Counted from the stretch's first letter, positions 8,583-17,121 are shown. The stretch is 47,757 bases of DNA from a virus (IMGVR_UViG_2529292906_000010); one strand, 5' to 3'. A program made the numbers and translations. The notes: generated by a model from the letters alone, not told the origin.

Positions 8583-8690
8583 TAAAAAAACCGCTAACGC
8601 GGTATGCGCCATTGTGTCTACGGGGTTCCAATCCCGACCGTAGATTTTGCTACGGCTCGGAAAGTGTCCACCAATGGCGCATTCATGTCA
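8583..8690 (-). ncRNA. candidate structured small RNA upstream of antirepressor operon
   Basis: Minus-strand hairpins (GCGCCATTG/CAATGGCGC; TCTACGG/CCGTAGA) ending in CCGCGTTAGCGG + T7 terminator at 8583-8605; no ORF. Confidence 0.25.
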
Positions 8691-9173
8691 ATACGGCGGG
8701 ATTTTAACAGAGACAACCACATAGCGTGGGTTTATTGGTAGGCAGAAACAAAAAAACCGCCCTATTGAGGACGGTTCTTTCGTGCTGATCGGATTCGCGG
8801 TCCTTTCAGCATTACGTTGTTGTATAAACAACCACGCAAGCACAAGCAGCAAGTTAATTTTACCCAAAAGGTAATAATAGTCCACTATTATGCTTCAAAA
8901 AATTGTGGTTCTTGTTGTGCCTGCAAACTCACAGATTGTGGGTAGGTTACTGATTTTGTGAAAATAAACGAGTTTTTTCGTTTAATTTCTTTCCTATTAC
9001 TAATCTTAAAATAATCGTAAAATACCTGTGGACCTTCCCGCCGATTCGCACCCGGGCACCGACTTTAGGGGAGGATTCTCCGTTGCCGTACATGCAAGCA
9101 CAAGCAGCCGTGCTTGCTCTCGCGTTGTTTTCGTCGGTGGGGATGCCGTGAAACGGCCTGTAAGGGCCATACA

Positions 9174-9296
9174 ATGAAAAAATACTGTATGTGTATTTTT
9201 ATCGTTGTTACTGGAGCTTTGTTTACGCCACATGGGGAGGGTTGGAAGATTACTGATAACGCTCTGAATGTGACGATAAACATTAGCAGCAAGTAG
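9174..9296 (+). CDS. small hydrophobic protein (40 aa)
   Basis: MKKYCMCIFIVVTGALFT... with AAGGG RBS; followed by terminator at 9302-9325. Confidence 0.3.
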   Translation: MKKYCMCIFIVVTGALFTPHGEGWKITDNALNVTINISSK

Positions 9297-9301
9297 CGAT
9301 T

Positions 9302-9325
9302 AGGCCCCTTCGGGGGCCTTTTTTA
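9302..9325. terminator. hairpin terminator
   Basis: AGGCCCC-TTCG-GGGGCCT followed by TTTTTT. Confidence 0.6.
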
Positions 9326-9334
9326 TGGTTGAAT

Positions 9335-9517
9335 TTAAACGCTGGAGCGCATTAAGCCTTTCAGAACTGCTTCACGTACCCATTCTGGTCTGGTGGATAG
9401 CAGGGCAAATAAGCGGCCAGCTTGCAGCCGTTTGAGGTCGGTTAGACGAGTTTTCAGTAACCGTGTATATTGTTGTTCGGACATAACAAATTCCCCTTGT
9501 TGTGTCGCGACGGCCAA
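9335..9517 (-). CDS. hypothetical protein
   Basis: 60-aa ORF downstream of partition genes. Confidence 0.35.
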   Translation of the reverse strand: MAVATQQGEFVMSEQQYTRLLKTRLTDLKRLQAGRLFALLSTRPEWVREAVLKGLMRSSV

Positions 9518-9546
9518 CAGTTGGCGCTGGAGGCCGTCACCTTCTC

Positions 9547-9795
9547 TTACTTCTGGTTGTATTGAGCCTTGAGTAACTCAAAAGATTTTGTCAGCACTTC
9601 TTTCAATGACATATCCATTGAGCTGGCGAACGTTTTGTACTCGCGTTTAAATTCAGGGTCGACGTTAAACGCCATTTGTGCCCCACCTGATTTGGTTCTG
9701 GCTGGCGTTTCAGTCGGGTCGAAAACCTGCGGTTGTTCGATCGATGGCGGTACGCCTTTGCTGTTCTTCTTTGGTGGTTTTGATGGTGCGGCCAT
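9547..9795 (-). CDS. ParG-like centromere-binding protein (probable ribbon-helix-helix)
   Basis: 82 aa; Pro/Lys-rich N-terminal tail then short structured C-terminus; directly downstream of parA; AGAGAGGA RBS. Confidence 0.5.
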   Translation of the reverse strand: MAAPSKPPKKNSKGVPPSIEQPQVFDPTETPARTKSGGAQMAFNVDPEFKREYKTFASSMDMSLKEVLTKSFELLKAQYNQK

Positions 9796-9807
9796 GTGTA
9801 TCCTCTC

Positions 9808-9840
9808 TTATATAAATCTATAAAACTATAATTATATATT
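9808..9840. repeat. TATAATTATA palindrome site D (between parA and parG-like gene)
   Basis: Core at 9827-9836; reverse complement carries ATAGTTTTATAGATTTATATAA flank as in leader copies. Confidence 0.5.
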
Positions 9841-10507
9841 ACGCGGCAGTAGTCAGAGCCTCAAGCTGGTTGATAATCCCCTGAATAACGTCGTCTGCTT
9901 TTTTGCGTGGCGCAACGTATGAGCACTCAATGAGGCTTAAGCCCTTATCCTGAGCTTTGCTCAGAGCTGGCTTGTGGGGAATGTACTTATCGACAACAAA
10001 GTATGGCGTATTAGCCAGGTACTCTTGGGCTTCAATATAGTCAGCTTCGTTTTCAGCCGCGCCGGAAAACACCATGCAAATTTTCTTGATTGGTACACCC
10101 TTTTTAACGATGCCGTGAGCTGTGTTAACGGTGGTTTCCAGGTCATCGGTAGAGAATCTGGTTGGCAAAATAACCATATCCAGAAATTCAGAGAGCTTCG
10201 GTACTGATTCAGATGCGTAGGCACCGCCATCAACGATAACCAGGTCGTATACTTCTGATTCGATGATTTTCTGGACTTGTGATGGCGTGCCGCACGGCTG
10301 CGCCGCGATTGCAGGTTCGATATTGTTGGCCATTCTGCGTTGTACCCAACGCGTTACCGTTCCGTTAAGCACATCCATATCGATCAGGCATACATTCCAG
10401 CCAGCCTTTGCATAAGCAACTGCTAAAGCACGAGCAATGGTTGATTTGGTTACGCCGCCTTTTCCGTTGAAAATACCTACAGATATAGTCATTTGTCGAG
10501 ACTCCAT
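9839..10507 (-). CDS. parA: partition ATPase ParA (ParA/MinD family, small type Ib)
   Basis: 222 aa; deviant Walker A GKGGVTKST near N-terminus. Confidence 0.85.
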   Translation of the reverse strand: MESRQMTISVGIFNGKGGVTKSTIARALAVAYAKAGWNVCLIDMDVLNGTVTRWVQRRMANNIEPAIAAQPCGTPSQVQKIIESEVYDLVIVDGGAYASESVPKLSEFLDMVILPTRFSTDDLETTVNTAHGIVKKGVPIKKICMVFSGAAENEADYIEAQEYLANTPYFVVDKYIPHKPALSKAQDKGLSLIECSYVAPRKKADDVIQGIINQLEALTTAA

Positions 10508-10512
10508 GCGTT

Positions 10513-10618
10513 TGATTATATAATTCTATAAATCTATATTTATAGAATGAGGTAAGCATAACCAACTTTTTGGCGGATGAAAAGTGTTTTATATAATTAT
10601 ATAAATCTATAATCATAT
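10513..10618. promoter_or_regulatory. par promoter/centromere-like region with two TATAATTATA-family sites
   Basis: TATAATTCTA at 10518-10527 and TATAATTATA at 10591-10600, directly upstream of parA. Confidence 0.4.
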
Positions 10619-10638
10619 AAGCGGGCGTTAGCCCGCTT
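10618..10638 (-). terminator. hairpin terminator
   Basis: GCGGGC-GTTA-GCCCGC stem after stop of gene 10643-11017. Confidence 0.45.
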
Positions 10639-10642
10639 TCAG

Positions 10643-11017
10643 TCAGAGGTCAGCTATCGTTGATATCAGTTGATTTGCTAGCTGTCGCTGTTTACGTGAG
10701 AGGGTTAGAGCAGCTTCTGAGCGGTCGCTAAGAGGGGTGTTTTCATCGAGAATCATGAGGCATACAGAAATAATAGCCCTGTTATATGCCATCAATGGCT
10801 GGCACAGCTTCGATATCGCTGGCACATCGTATTGTAAGGCCGTTTTGAGGCAGACTTTTTGTTCTGATGCCAGATGAAGGATAGATTCTATCCAGTCGAT
10901 ATCTTTCTCATTATCAATGAGTTGGCATAACATACACTCAATCGCTATGTTCAACGCTTGGATTTCGATTCCAGCAGTGATCAGAGTTTCGTTTTTATTG
11001 GCTGTATGTAATTCCAT
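10643..11017 (-). CDS. hypothetical protein
   Basis: 124-aa ORF downstream of the repressor gene. Confidence 0.5.
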   Translation of the reverse strand: MELHTANKNETLITAGIEIQALNIAIECMLCQLIDNEKDIDWIESILHLASEQKVCLKTALQYDVPAISKLCQPLMAYNRAIISVCLMILDENTPLSDRSEAALTLSRKQRQLANQLISTIADL

Positions 11018-11050
11018 GCGTAGCCTCTTTTATACTTTTTCATGTTGTCA

Positions 11051-11069
11051 AAACCACAAAGCGTGGTTT
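11051..11069. promoter_or_regulatory. operator-like palindrome AAACCAC-N5-GTGGTTT (may also act as terminator)
   Basis: AAACCACAAAGCGTGGTTT followed by T-run. Confidence 0.35.
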
Positions 11070-11109
11070 TTTTGAGCGTAGAAATGCACGGCTTTCGCCG
11101 TGCTGTGTA

Positions 11110-11772
11110 TCATAACCAGTTGACAACACTAACTACGCGGCCAAGAACTTTATAACGCTTAAATTCCTCGTTATTCAGATGCTTAGTGTTCATTTCAGCA
11201 TCCCTTTCGGTTGACAGCATAACAGCATTGTCACCCGGTATGACTCTACAGTGCCTCAAAACAACCAGGCCATTTCTGTCTTCAAGGGCATAGATCCCCT
11301 CATGAACCTCTGTATCGTCTGTATTAATCAGGACTTGGGAGCCAGGGGATATTGTTGGTGACATTAGCTTTAGCTCATCGTTGCTCTGGAGAACAGACAG
11401 AGACGATGGGTTGATGTTCTTGCTTCGTAGAATCTCCTGTTCTATCGCCAGCACTGGCTTTTCTCCGGCGTGCGATGCTATGTCATTTTTTATAGCTACA
11501 AGCCCAGGAATAACAGGTGCGTTAGTATTCTGGGGTGGGAACGGGTTATCTGTTAAGCACGCGATATAAGGCGCTGATGCTTTCAGGGCGTGCGCGATTT
11601 TCTTGATGGCAGGTATAGATGGTTGTCTTAATCCGGCCTCATAGTTCTGCAAGGTGCTTAAGCCTATTCCAGTGACTTGCTGGAGATCTCCGGCAGTCAT
11701 GCCGGATTGTTTCCGTAGAGTCTGAATGCGCAGACCTATTTCTTTCTTGATGTTCTCGTCGTTGCTTTTCAT
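11110..11772 (-). CDS. CI-type repressor (N-terminal HTH, C-terminal S24/LexA-like domain)
   Basis: 220 aa; XRE HTH (LQQVTGIGLSTLQNYEAG); C-terminus has MSP and KVLGRVV motifs at the positions of the LexA-type Ser/Lys dyad; divergent from Cro-like gene. Confidence 0.75.
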   Translation of the reverse strand: MKSNDENIKKEIGLRIQTLRKQSGMTAGDLQQVTGIGLSTLQNYEAGLRQPSIPAIKKIAHALKASAPYIACLTDNPFPPQNTNAPVIPGLVAIKNDIASHAGEKPVLAIEQEILRSKNINPSSLSVLQSNDELKLMSPTISPGSQVLINTDDTEVHEGIYALEDRNGLVVLRHCRVIPGDNAVMLSTERDAEMNTKHLNNEEFKRYKVLGRVVSVVNWL

Positions 11773-11807
11773 TTCTCATCAATCGTGAATGGGGGGTTAT
11801 TTATACA

Positions 11808-11929
11808 TTACCACATTTAGTGGTTTTCACACGGTAAGACGAGAGGTAGACCACAAATAGAAGGTTATTTTTGTTTCCCCATTGAAAAACTCACGATTTG
11901 TGGTTTTAATACCACATATCGTGGTTTAA
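11808..11929. promoter_or_regulatory. immunity operator/promoter region (OR-like) between repressor and Cro-like gene
   Basis: Palindromes ACCACATTTAGTGGT (11810-11824) and ACCACATATCGTGGT (11911-11925) plus half-sites at 11850 and 11891; TTGAAA -35-like at 11882. Confidence 0.5.
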
Positions 11930-11943
11930 CTGGAGTTAGTTAA

Positions 11944-12438
11944 ATGACCTTTCAGGAGTGGGTTGATGAAAATGGAGGCCAAATTGGTGTTGCCAGAAAG
12001 TTTGGCTTTACGTCATCACTGATTGGTGCCTGGTATCGCTTCGAGAGATTCCCTCGTGCGGATAACCTGACGCTGCTGGTGGCGTATTCGGAAGGCCGGA
12101 TTAATGTCCAGCAATGGGCGGCAGATTTTGCCGAACGTCAGCGCCAGCGTAGCGATGGCACATCGGTTCGGCAGAACAAGATCAAAGGGAATCTCCCTGT
12201 TAACTGCTTATCAAGGCTGAAAGCGGTTTTCTCTGAGCTGGGGATACCTGCGGAGCGTTGCAATCTACGCGGTCCGCGATTCATTGCTCGCTGGAAACAC
12301 TCACACGTAACCGTTTCAGAGGTTCGTGATGCGATTGCCGTGCTGGAGTTTAAGAATAAAGATTCCAGCGATATCGAGCTGATTCATAAGGAGATTAGCA
12401 ACGCCCGGCGTTCAGCACTTGGGAGGCTTGAGGAATGA
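11944..12438 (+). CDS. Cro/YdaS-like HTH regulator
   Basis: 164 aa; N-terminal Cro-like segment (GGQIGVARKFGFTSSLIGAWY); divergent from repressor. Confidence 0.5.
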   Translation: MTFQEWVDENGGQIGVARKFGFTSSLIGAWYRFERFPRADNLTLLVAYSEGRINVQQWAADFAERQRQRSDGTSVRQNKIKGNLPVNCLSRLKAVFSELGIPAERCNLRGPRFIARWKHSHVTVSEVRDAIAVLEFKNKDSSDIELIHKEISNARRSALGRLEE

Positions 12439-12950
12439 TGATTCTGGCCTTCTTTGGTGATAATCACCAGATTCAATCGCAGGTGGTGCACTACCTTGAT
12501 CAAACGATTAAAGGATTTGTTATCGATCATATTGATAACGATAGTAAACGTCTATCTGTAGAGCAGAAAATTGGACGTGTGCAGCGACTGGTTGCCAGCC
12601 GTAACAGACGTGACGCCGTAACAGTCGTCACGGGGATAACGGAGGTCATGGAGTACCAGATGTTGCTGCATCGTGGAGCTGTTTTCTGCGTTCTTCCTGG
12701 CATTCTGCCAGCAATTCTTGCTCGTGGTTTTGTCCCTATTGATGAGTCGTTTTTATATGTAACTCCAAGCCGTTCCCTTCTGGATTCGGAGGCGAAACGT
12801 CGCATTTATATGCTGCCGGACGAGGCATTTTCTGAATGTTACCGCCGTGAAATGAGGTTGGGTAAACGAGATGTGTCTGTTTCTCGTGATGGCAGGTTTT
12901 TAAGCAGCCGCACGGTGAAAAGCACCTGGAATGACGGGGGCCATCAATGA
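12435..12950 (+). CDS. hypothetical protein
   Basis: 171-aa ORF, overlapping start. Confidence 0.5.
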   Translation: MMILAFFGDNHQIQSQVVHYLDQTIKGFVIDHIDNDSKRLSVEQKIGRVQRLVASRNRRDAVTVVTGITEVMEYQMLLHRGAVFCVLPGILPAILARGFVPIDESFLYVTPSRSLLDSEAKRRIYMLPDEAFSECYRREMRLGKRDVSVSRDGRFLSSRTVKSTWNDGGHQ

Positions 12951-13180
12951 GTGGTTATGTTCGCGGTGCTGCGATGCATTGCCAGAATCCCCAATTCTGG
13001 CGCTTTCTGACCAGTAAAACAGGGAAGAACATTTCAAACAGTTCTGAGGCCTCTGTGATTCTGCGTGAGTTTTGCGGGATCTCATCCCGTAAAGAGCTGG
13101 CAAAGAACTACGCGGCCAGAAGCATGTATGTCCAGTTAATTAACGAGTTCAACCTCTTTATCAATGGTAAGGGGCGTTGA
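12947..13180 (+). CDS. hypothetical protein
   Basis: 77-aa ORF, overlapping start. Confidence 0.4.
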   Translation: MSGYVRGAAMHCQNPQFWRFLTSKTGKNISNSSEASVILREFCGISSRKELAKNYAARSMYVQLINEFNLFINGKGR

Positions 13181-13584
13181 TGAACGGACGTACACCAACG
13201 AAGAAAGAGAAACTTTATATACAAGCGGTGCTCACTCACGTGGGTTGCATAGCTTGCATTATTGATGGCCGTGAAATTGATAATCCAGAGCTGTGGACGG
13301 AGCTGCATCACGATCCTGATTACGGCAGCGTTGATGAGAATTGCCACTTCCATAGCTTTGGGTTGTGCGCACCACATCATCGCGGTGTTGTGCCTGGTGG
13401 TGGGCGTGTGCCTCCGCATATTGCCGTTCGTCACCCTCCCCTGAGTAATTGTGCTCGCTTTGTTGAGCGTTATGGCACCGATGAATTTTTGTGTGCGCAG
13501 ACGTGGGAGCTGTTGCCGCAGTCAGTTAAAGACGAAATTGGGTTTGATCTTAGTCTTGGTGAAGTACCAGGGGATACCAAATGA
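13177..13584 (+). CDS. His/Cys-rich protein, possible HNH-type nuclease (Ref/NinG-like); tentative
   Basis: 135 aa with H/C clusters (HVGCIAC...HHDPDYG...CHFH...CAPHH). Confidence 0.4.
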   Translation: MMNGRTPTKKEKLYIQAVLTHVGCIACIIDGREIDNPELWTELHHDPDYGSVDENCHFHSFGLCAPHHRGVVPGGGRVPPHIAVRHPPLSNCARFVERYGTDEFLCAQTWELLPQSVKDEIGFDLSLGEVPGDTK

Positions 13585-13913
13585 GATATACCGGCTTTCG
13601 CAAACCAGCGACCAGAAAAAGCAAATACGGCAATAAAAAAACGGTTGTCGATGATATCGCTTTTGATAGCAAAAAAGAGGCTGATTACTACTGCGAACTG
13701 AAGCTACTGAGAAAAGCTGGCCGCGTTGTGACGTTTCTTATGCAGGTGCCTTTTCATCTGCCAGGTGGTGTCGTTTATAAACTTGATTTCATGGTGTTTT
13801 ATGACGATGGGACGATTGATTGTGTCGACACTAAAGGTGTGCGAACAGACGTCTACATCATGAAGAAAAAGCAGGTAGAGGCGCTTTATCCCGTCACGAT
13901 ACGGGAGATCTGA
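13581..13913 (+). CDS. hypothetical phage protein
   Basis: 110-aa basic protein (KYGNKKTVVDDIAFDSKKEADYY). Confidence 0.5.
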   Translation: MRYTGFRKPATRKSKYGNKKTVVDDIAFDSKKEADYYCELKLLRKAGRVVTFLMQVPFHLPGGVVYKLDFMVFYDDGTIDCVDTKGVRTDVYIMKKKQVEALYPVTIREI

Positions 13914-13916
13914 ACA

Positions 13917-14294
13917 GTGAGACGCGATCTGGATAGCTTGTTTGAGCTATGGGCGCTGTGGGTGCGCAATGGCTGCAACGCCCGTAGCGGTTTCGCGTCG
14001 ATGTTAGAAATGATGATGGTTACGCGTTGCCAGTTTACCGGAGGGGGCGGCGCACCAAATGACTCACTGGAAACCAGTATCGAGGGAGCGGTGACGGCCC
14101 TCACGGTAGTTGATGAGACTGCGGCGCTGGTTGTCCGAATTGAATACGGGGCGTGGGAGATTCGGGGCCTCGACATAAATGCACCGCATATTGATAAAGC
14201 CCACGCCCTTTCTCTTAGTCTCAGACAGTATCGCCGGAAGCTGGCAAAAGCCAGGGCGTATGTTGTCGACTACTTGAAAAAGAGAAGAGAATGA
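13917..14294 (+). CDS. putative antitermination protein Q-like
   Basis: 125 aa; N-terminal LFELWALW motif recalled from phage Q antiterminators; GTG start with GGAGA RBS; followed by leader copy B. Confidence 0.4.
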   Translation: MRRDLDSLFELWALWVRNGCNARSGFASMLEMMMVTRCQFTGGGGAPNDSLETSIEGAVTALTVVDETAALVVRIEYGAWEIRGLDINAPHIDKAHALSLSLRQYRRKLAKARAYVVDYLKKRRE

Positions 14295-14347
14295 AAGTGT
14301 CATTTTGAGCTGTTTTGGTGATTTGTAGGCACCGGGAATATCGGAAA

Positions 14348-14464
14348 ATCTATAAATATATAATTATAGATTTATATAAAAAGTGCTTTACAGGTGGGAA
14401 AAAATTTCCTAAGGTTATACCCAAAACCGAGCGATACCCGCCCTGGTTAAACCGGAGAAATCTG
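14348..14464 (+). promoter_or_regulatory. conserved promoter-leader element, copy B
   Basis: Near-identical to copies A and C; TATAATTATA core at 14359-14368. Confidence 0.5.
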
Positions 14465-15532
14465 ATGAATAAACAAGTAATTATTTCTGACTGGATCAAC
14501 AACCCTAACAGCCTGTTGAGCACTGATACTGGCTATAGATTACGTCATGTTAATGGCCGTATGGTCAAAAGCGATGAGCACGAAACCTTTTTCGTTGTTG
14601 AAGACGATGGACGTCTTTATGAGGATGGTCACTCTTATGAATCCCAAACAGGTTGTATCCCTGCAGAGTTGGTAGACGTAACAGAAAAGCTGCGCAAAGC
14701 ATGGCTTGAACAGCAGCAGCGCGGAGATGATTACGTAAATACCTATCAGGAACGCCAGAACGCGCGTCTTGCCCGATATATTGCTCGTGCAGAAAAAGCC
14801 AGAAAAGAAGGTGCGGTGGCGCATAAGCGAGCGCATGAACTGTTGGATGTGATCCCGTTAGGCCAGCCGATTTTAGTTGACCATTATAGCGCGAAAGGCC
14901 ATCGCCGCCGTTTGTCTAAAGCTGATGCGTTATTCAGAAAATCGTTTGTTGAGTGTGAAAGCAGAGCATCGTACTACGAAAGCAAAGCCGCAGGTGTCGG
15001 CCGTAATGGAGTTTCGTCTGATGATCCTGATGCGCTATTTAAGTTGCTTCGTAAGCTGCAAGGCTGCATGAAGTCACACATCAAAATGAAGGCCGCAAAT
15101 AAGGCTATTCGCAAATACAAAAAAGACCAATTACAGCAGCTTTCCGCATTAATTGACCTTGAGTTTACTGAAAGCGAAGCCAAAGGGTTACTCGCCGGAG
15201 ATTTCTGTGGGCACATTGGCTTCCCTTCATACTCACTGAGTAACAATAATGCCGAAATCAAACGACTACAGAGCCGTATTAAGGAGCTTGAATCGGTCAA
15301 GTCTGTAACAGGAGCACAGCGCGAAGAATACGACGGCTTTTCTATGGAGATAGATCCAGAGGATAACCGTATCCTGTTTTATTTCCCTGGCAAACCAGAG
15401 GCAAACATTCGTTCGCTGCTTAAATCACGCGCCTTTAAGTGGAGTCCAACCCGTAATGCATGGGTTCGCAAGATTACTCCAAACGCCCTGGCTGATGCCC
15501 GATATCTGAAAGAATCGCTATTGAAAGCCTGA
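14465..15532 (+). CDS. hypothetical protein (356 aa)
   Basis: Starts at ATG 14465 after GGAGA RBS; the longer ORF from 14315 would read through the leader. Confidence 0.6.
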   Translation: MNKQVIISDWINNPNSLLSTDTGYRLRHVNGRMVKSDEHETFFVVEDDGRLYEDGHSYESQTGCIPAELVDVTEKLRKAWLEQQQRGDDYVNTYQERQNARLARYIARAEKARKEGAVAHKRAHELLDVIPLGQPILVDHYSAKGHRRRLSKADALFRKSFVECESRASYYESKAAGVGRNGVSSDDPDALFKLLRKLQGCMKSHIKMKAANKAIRKYKKDQLQQLSALIDLEFTESEAKGLLAGDFCGHIGFPSYSLSNNNAEIKRLQSRIKELESVKSVTGAQREEYDGFSMEIDPEDNRILFYFPGKPEANIRSLLKSRAFKWSPTRNAWVRKITPNALADARYLKESLLKA

Positions 15533-15566
15533 CAGTAAGTCTACGGCGGGATGTCTCCCGCTGTAT

Positions 15567-15598
15567 ATAGAATTATATATTTATATAAATGTATAAGG
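15567..15598. repeat. TATAATTATA-family site F (variant AATTATATA)
   Basis: ATAGAATTATATATTTATATAAATG immediately upstream of gene 15610. Confidence 0.4.
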
Positions 15599-15609
15599 AC
15601 GCCTCGACA

Positions 15610-15891
15610 ATGAAACGCAAAATTATTAACCCCCAAGATGTGATTAATTTCCTGACCGATCACCCATGTTCAAAAGTGGACGTAATCGCGGAACACATTG
15701 GTGTGTCGCAGAACTCTATGCGTTGCAGACTGAGAAGCATGGTTGCCGAAGGACAGATAACAACCAGGAAAATAAATGGTTGCCTGTACTACTCCGCTAA
15801 ACCGGAATTGCCATTTGGCATGAATCCTAACTCCATGTTGTTTAACACCTTATTAGCCAAAGTTAAGCCGTTGAGAGGGGCTGTGGCATGA
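15610..15891 (+). CDS. hypothetical DNA-binding protein
   Basis: HTH-like segment VDVIAEHIGVSQNSMRCRLRSM; alternative start 15589. Confidence 0.5.
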   Translation: MKRKIINPQDVINFLTDHPCSKVDVIAEHIGVSQNSMRCRLRSMVAEGQITTRKINGCLYYSAKPELPFGMNPNSMLFNTLLAKVKPLRGAVA

Positions 15892-16253
15892 GCATCAAAA
15901 CCCATACCGGAATAATCATTACCAATGATGGTGAGAAAAGAGTGAAGTTGCGCGAAACGCCGACAACCTGGTGTGTTGGTCCGAAAGAAACATATCGCAA
16001 GGAAGATGGCCGTCGTTGTGGGGCACCACTTTCCCGCCGTCGCCTCCTTTTGAGCACGATAAAACCTATCGGGCAGGTTGAGCAACCAACGACTCCGGTA
16101 ACGAAGATTTCAGACAAGAGTCTGTCAAACCTGATCGCCGATGCGGACAAGGTGCTGGAGCGGAACACCCCCGTTGCAGATGAGGAATGGTGGCAGGATT
16201 TCCGAGCCGCAATGCTAGAGCTTCAGGAACGTCGTCGGGAGGAGTTGAAGTGA
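15888..16253 (+). CDS. hypothetical protein
   Basis: 121-aa ORF, overlapping start. Confidence 0.5.
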   Translation: MSIKTHTGIIITNDGEKRVKLRETPTTWCVGPKETYRKEDGRRCGAPLSRRRLLLSTIKPIGQVEQPTTPVTKISDKSLSNLIADADKVLERNTPVADEEWWQDFRAAMLELQERRREELK

Positions 16254-16441
16254 GCAAGAAAAATGCCGGATGGGTCAGGCCAATGAAGGCGAATAAACAT
16301 CATTATTTTAATGAAGGTGAAGTAACCAGCATTTGCGGCCGTTGGATGTATTTTGGTGATTACCGTGAGCCAGACACTTTTGAGAGTCCTGATGATTGCG
16401 TGTCTTGTCGCCGGAAATTGAACAAGGTGGCTTCTAAATGA
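16250..16441 (+). CDS. hypothetical protein with CxxC pair (possible zinc ribbon)
   Basis: GTG start overlapping upstream stop; ICGRW...CVSCRRK. Confidence 0.4.
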   Translation: MSKKNAGWVRPMKANKHHYFNEGEVTSICGRWMYFGDYREPDTFESPDDCVSCRRKLNKVASK

Positions 16442-17121
16442 AAGAACGTGGTGTTGTTTTTAATGACGATATGGTTAGGGCCATCCTCGAAGGAAGGAAG
16501 ACGCAGACTCGCCGACCCGTAAAAAATGTCAGGGCCGATAACTGCCTGGTTATCCGTAAACCGACAAAGAAACGCAATGGTGTCTATACCCACGTTATGG
16601 ATGCACCTGAACATAGTTTATGCCCGTTCGGTAACGTTGGTGATCGCATATGGGTCCGTGAAGCGTGGGCGATATTAGGCAATGAGGATGGTTGCAGTGT
16701 GGACTGGAACGACAACCTTTGTCGTGGCGATGAGAAGAACGCAGCAAGGATTTATCGGGCCAGTTGTGAGCAAAAACCGGGGGATTATGGCTTATGGTCG
16801 ATACCCGATGATGCCGACTGGAAGCCTCACACTGTGAATGAAAAGTTTGATGGCGGGTGGTGTCCATCAATTCACATGCCGCGCTGGGCTTCGCGTATTT
16901 TGCTGGAAATTACCGACGTGCGTGTGGAACGGCTGCATGACATGAGCGAGGCAGATGCTAAAGCGGAAGGCGCATCTCCGGCGACGTACAAGATTACACA
17001 GCCGGAAGCTGTTTATCGCGTTGGTTTTGGTGATATCTGGCGCGGTATTTACGGGCAAGAGAACTGGCTATCTAACCCGTGGGTATGGGTAATTGAGTTT
17101 AAGCGTATTCAGGAAGCATAA
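16438..17121 (+). CDS. conserved phage protein of unknown function
   Basis: 227 aa; N-terminal FNDDMVRAILEGRKTQTRRP motif. Confidence 0.5.
   Translation: MKERGVVFNDDMVRAILEGRKTQTRRPVKNVRADNCLVIRKPTKKRNGVYTHVMDAPEHSLCPFGNVGDRIWVREAWAILGNEDGCSVDWNDNLCRGDEKNAARIYRASCEQKPGDYGLWSIPDDADWKPHTVNEKFDGGWCPSIHMPRWASRILLEITDVRVERLHDMSEADAKAEGASPATYKITQPEAVYRVGFGDIWRGIYGQENWLSNPWVWVIEFKRIQEA

Noticed and set aside
8431-8640. tRNA-like T-loop motifs (GGTTCCAATC) at ~8458 and ~8620
   Set aside because: No acceptor stem or anticodon arm could be built around them; treated as part of a structured noncoding RNA region, not as tRNA genes.
14315-14464. Extended start (14315) of the 405-aa ORF
   Set aside because: The extension reads through the conserved promoter-leader element; ATG 14465 with GGAGA RBS matches the other two leader copies.
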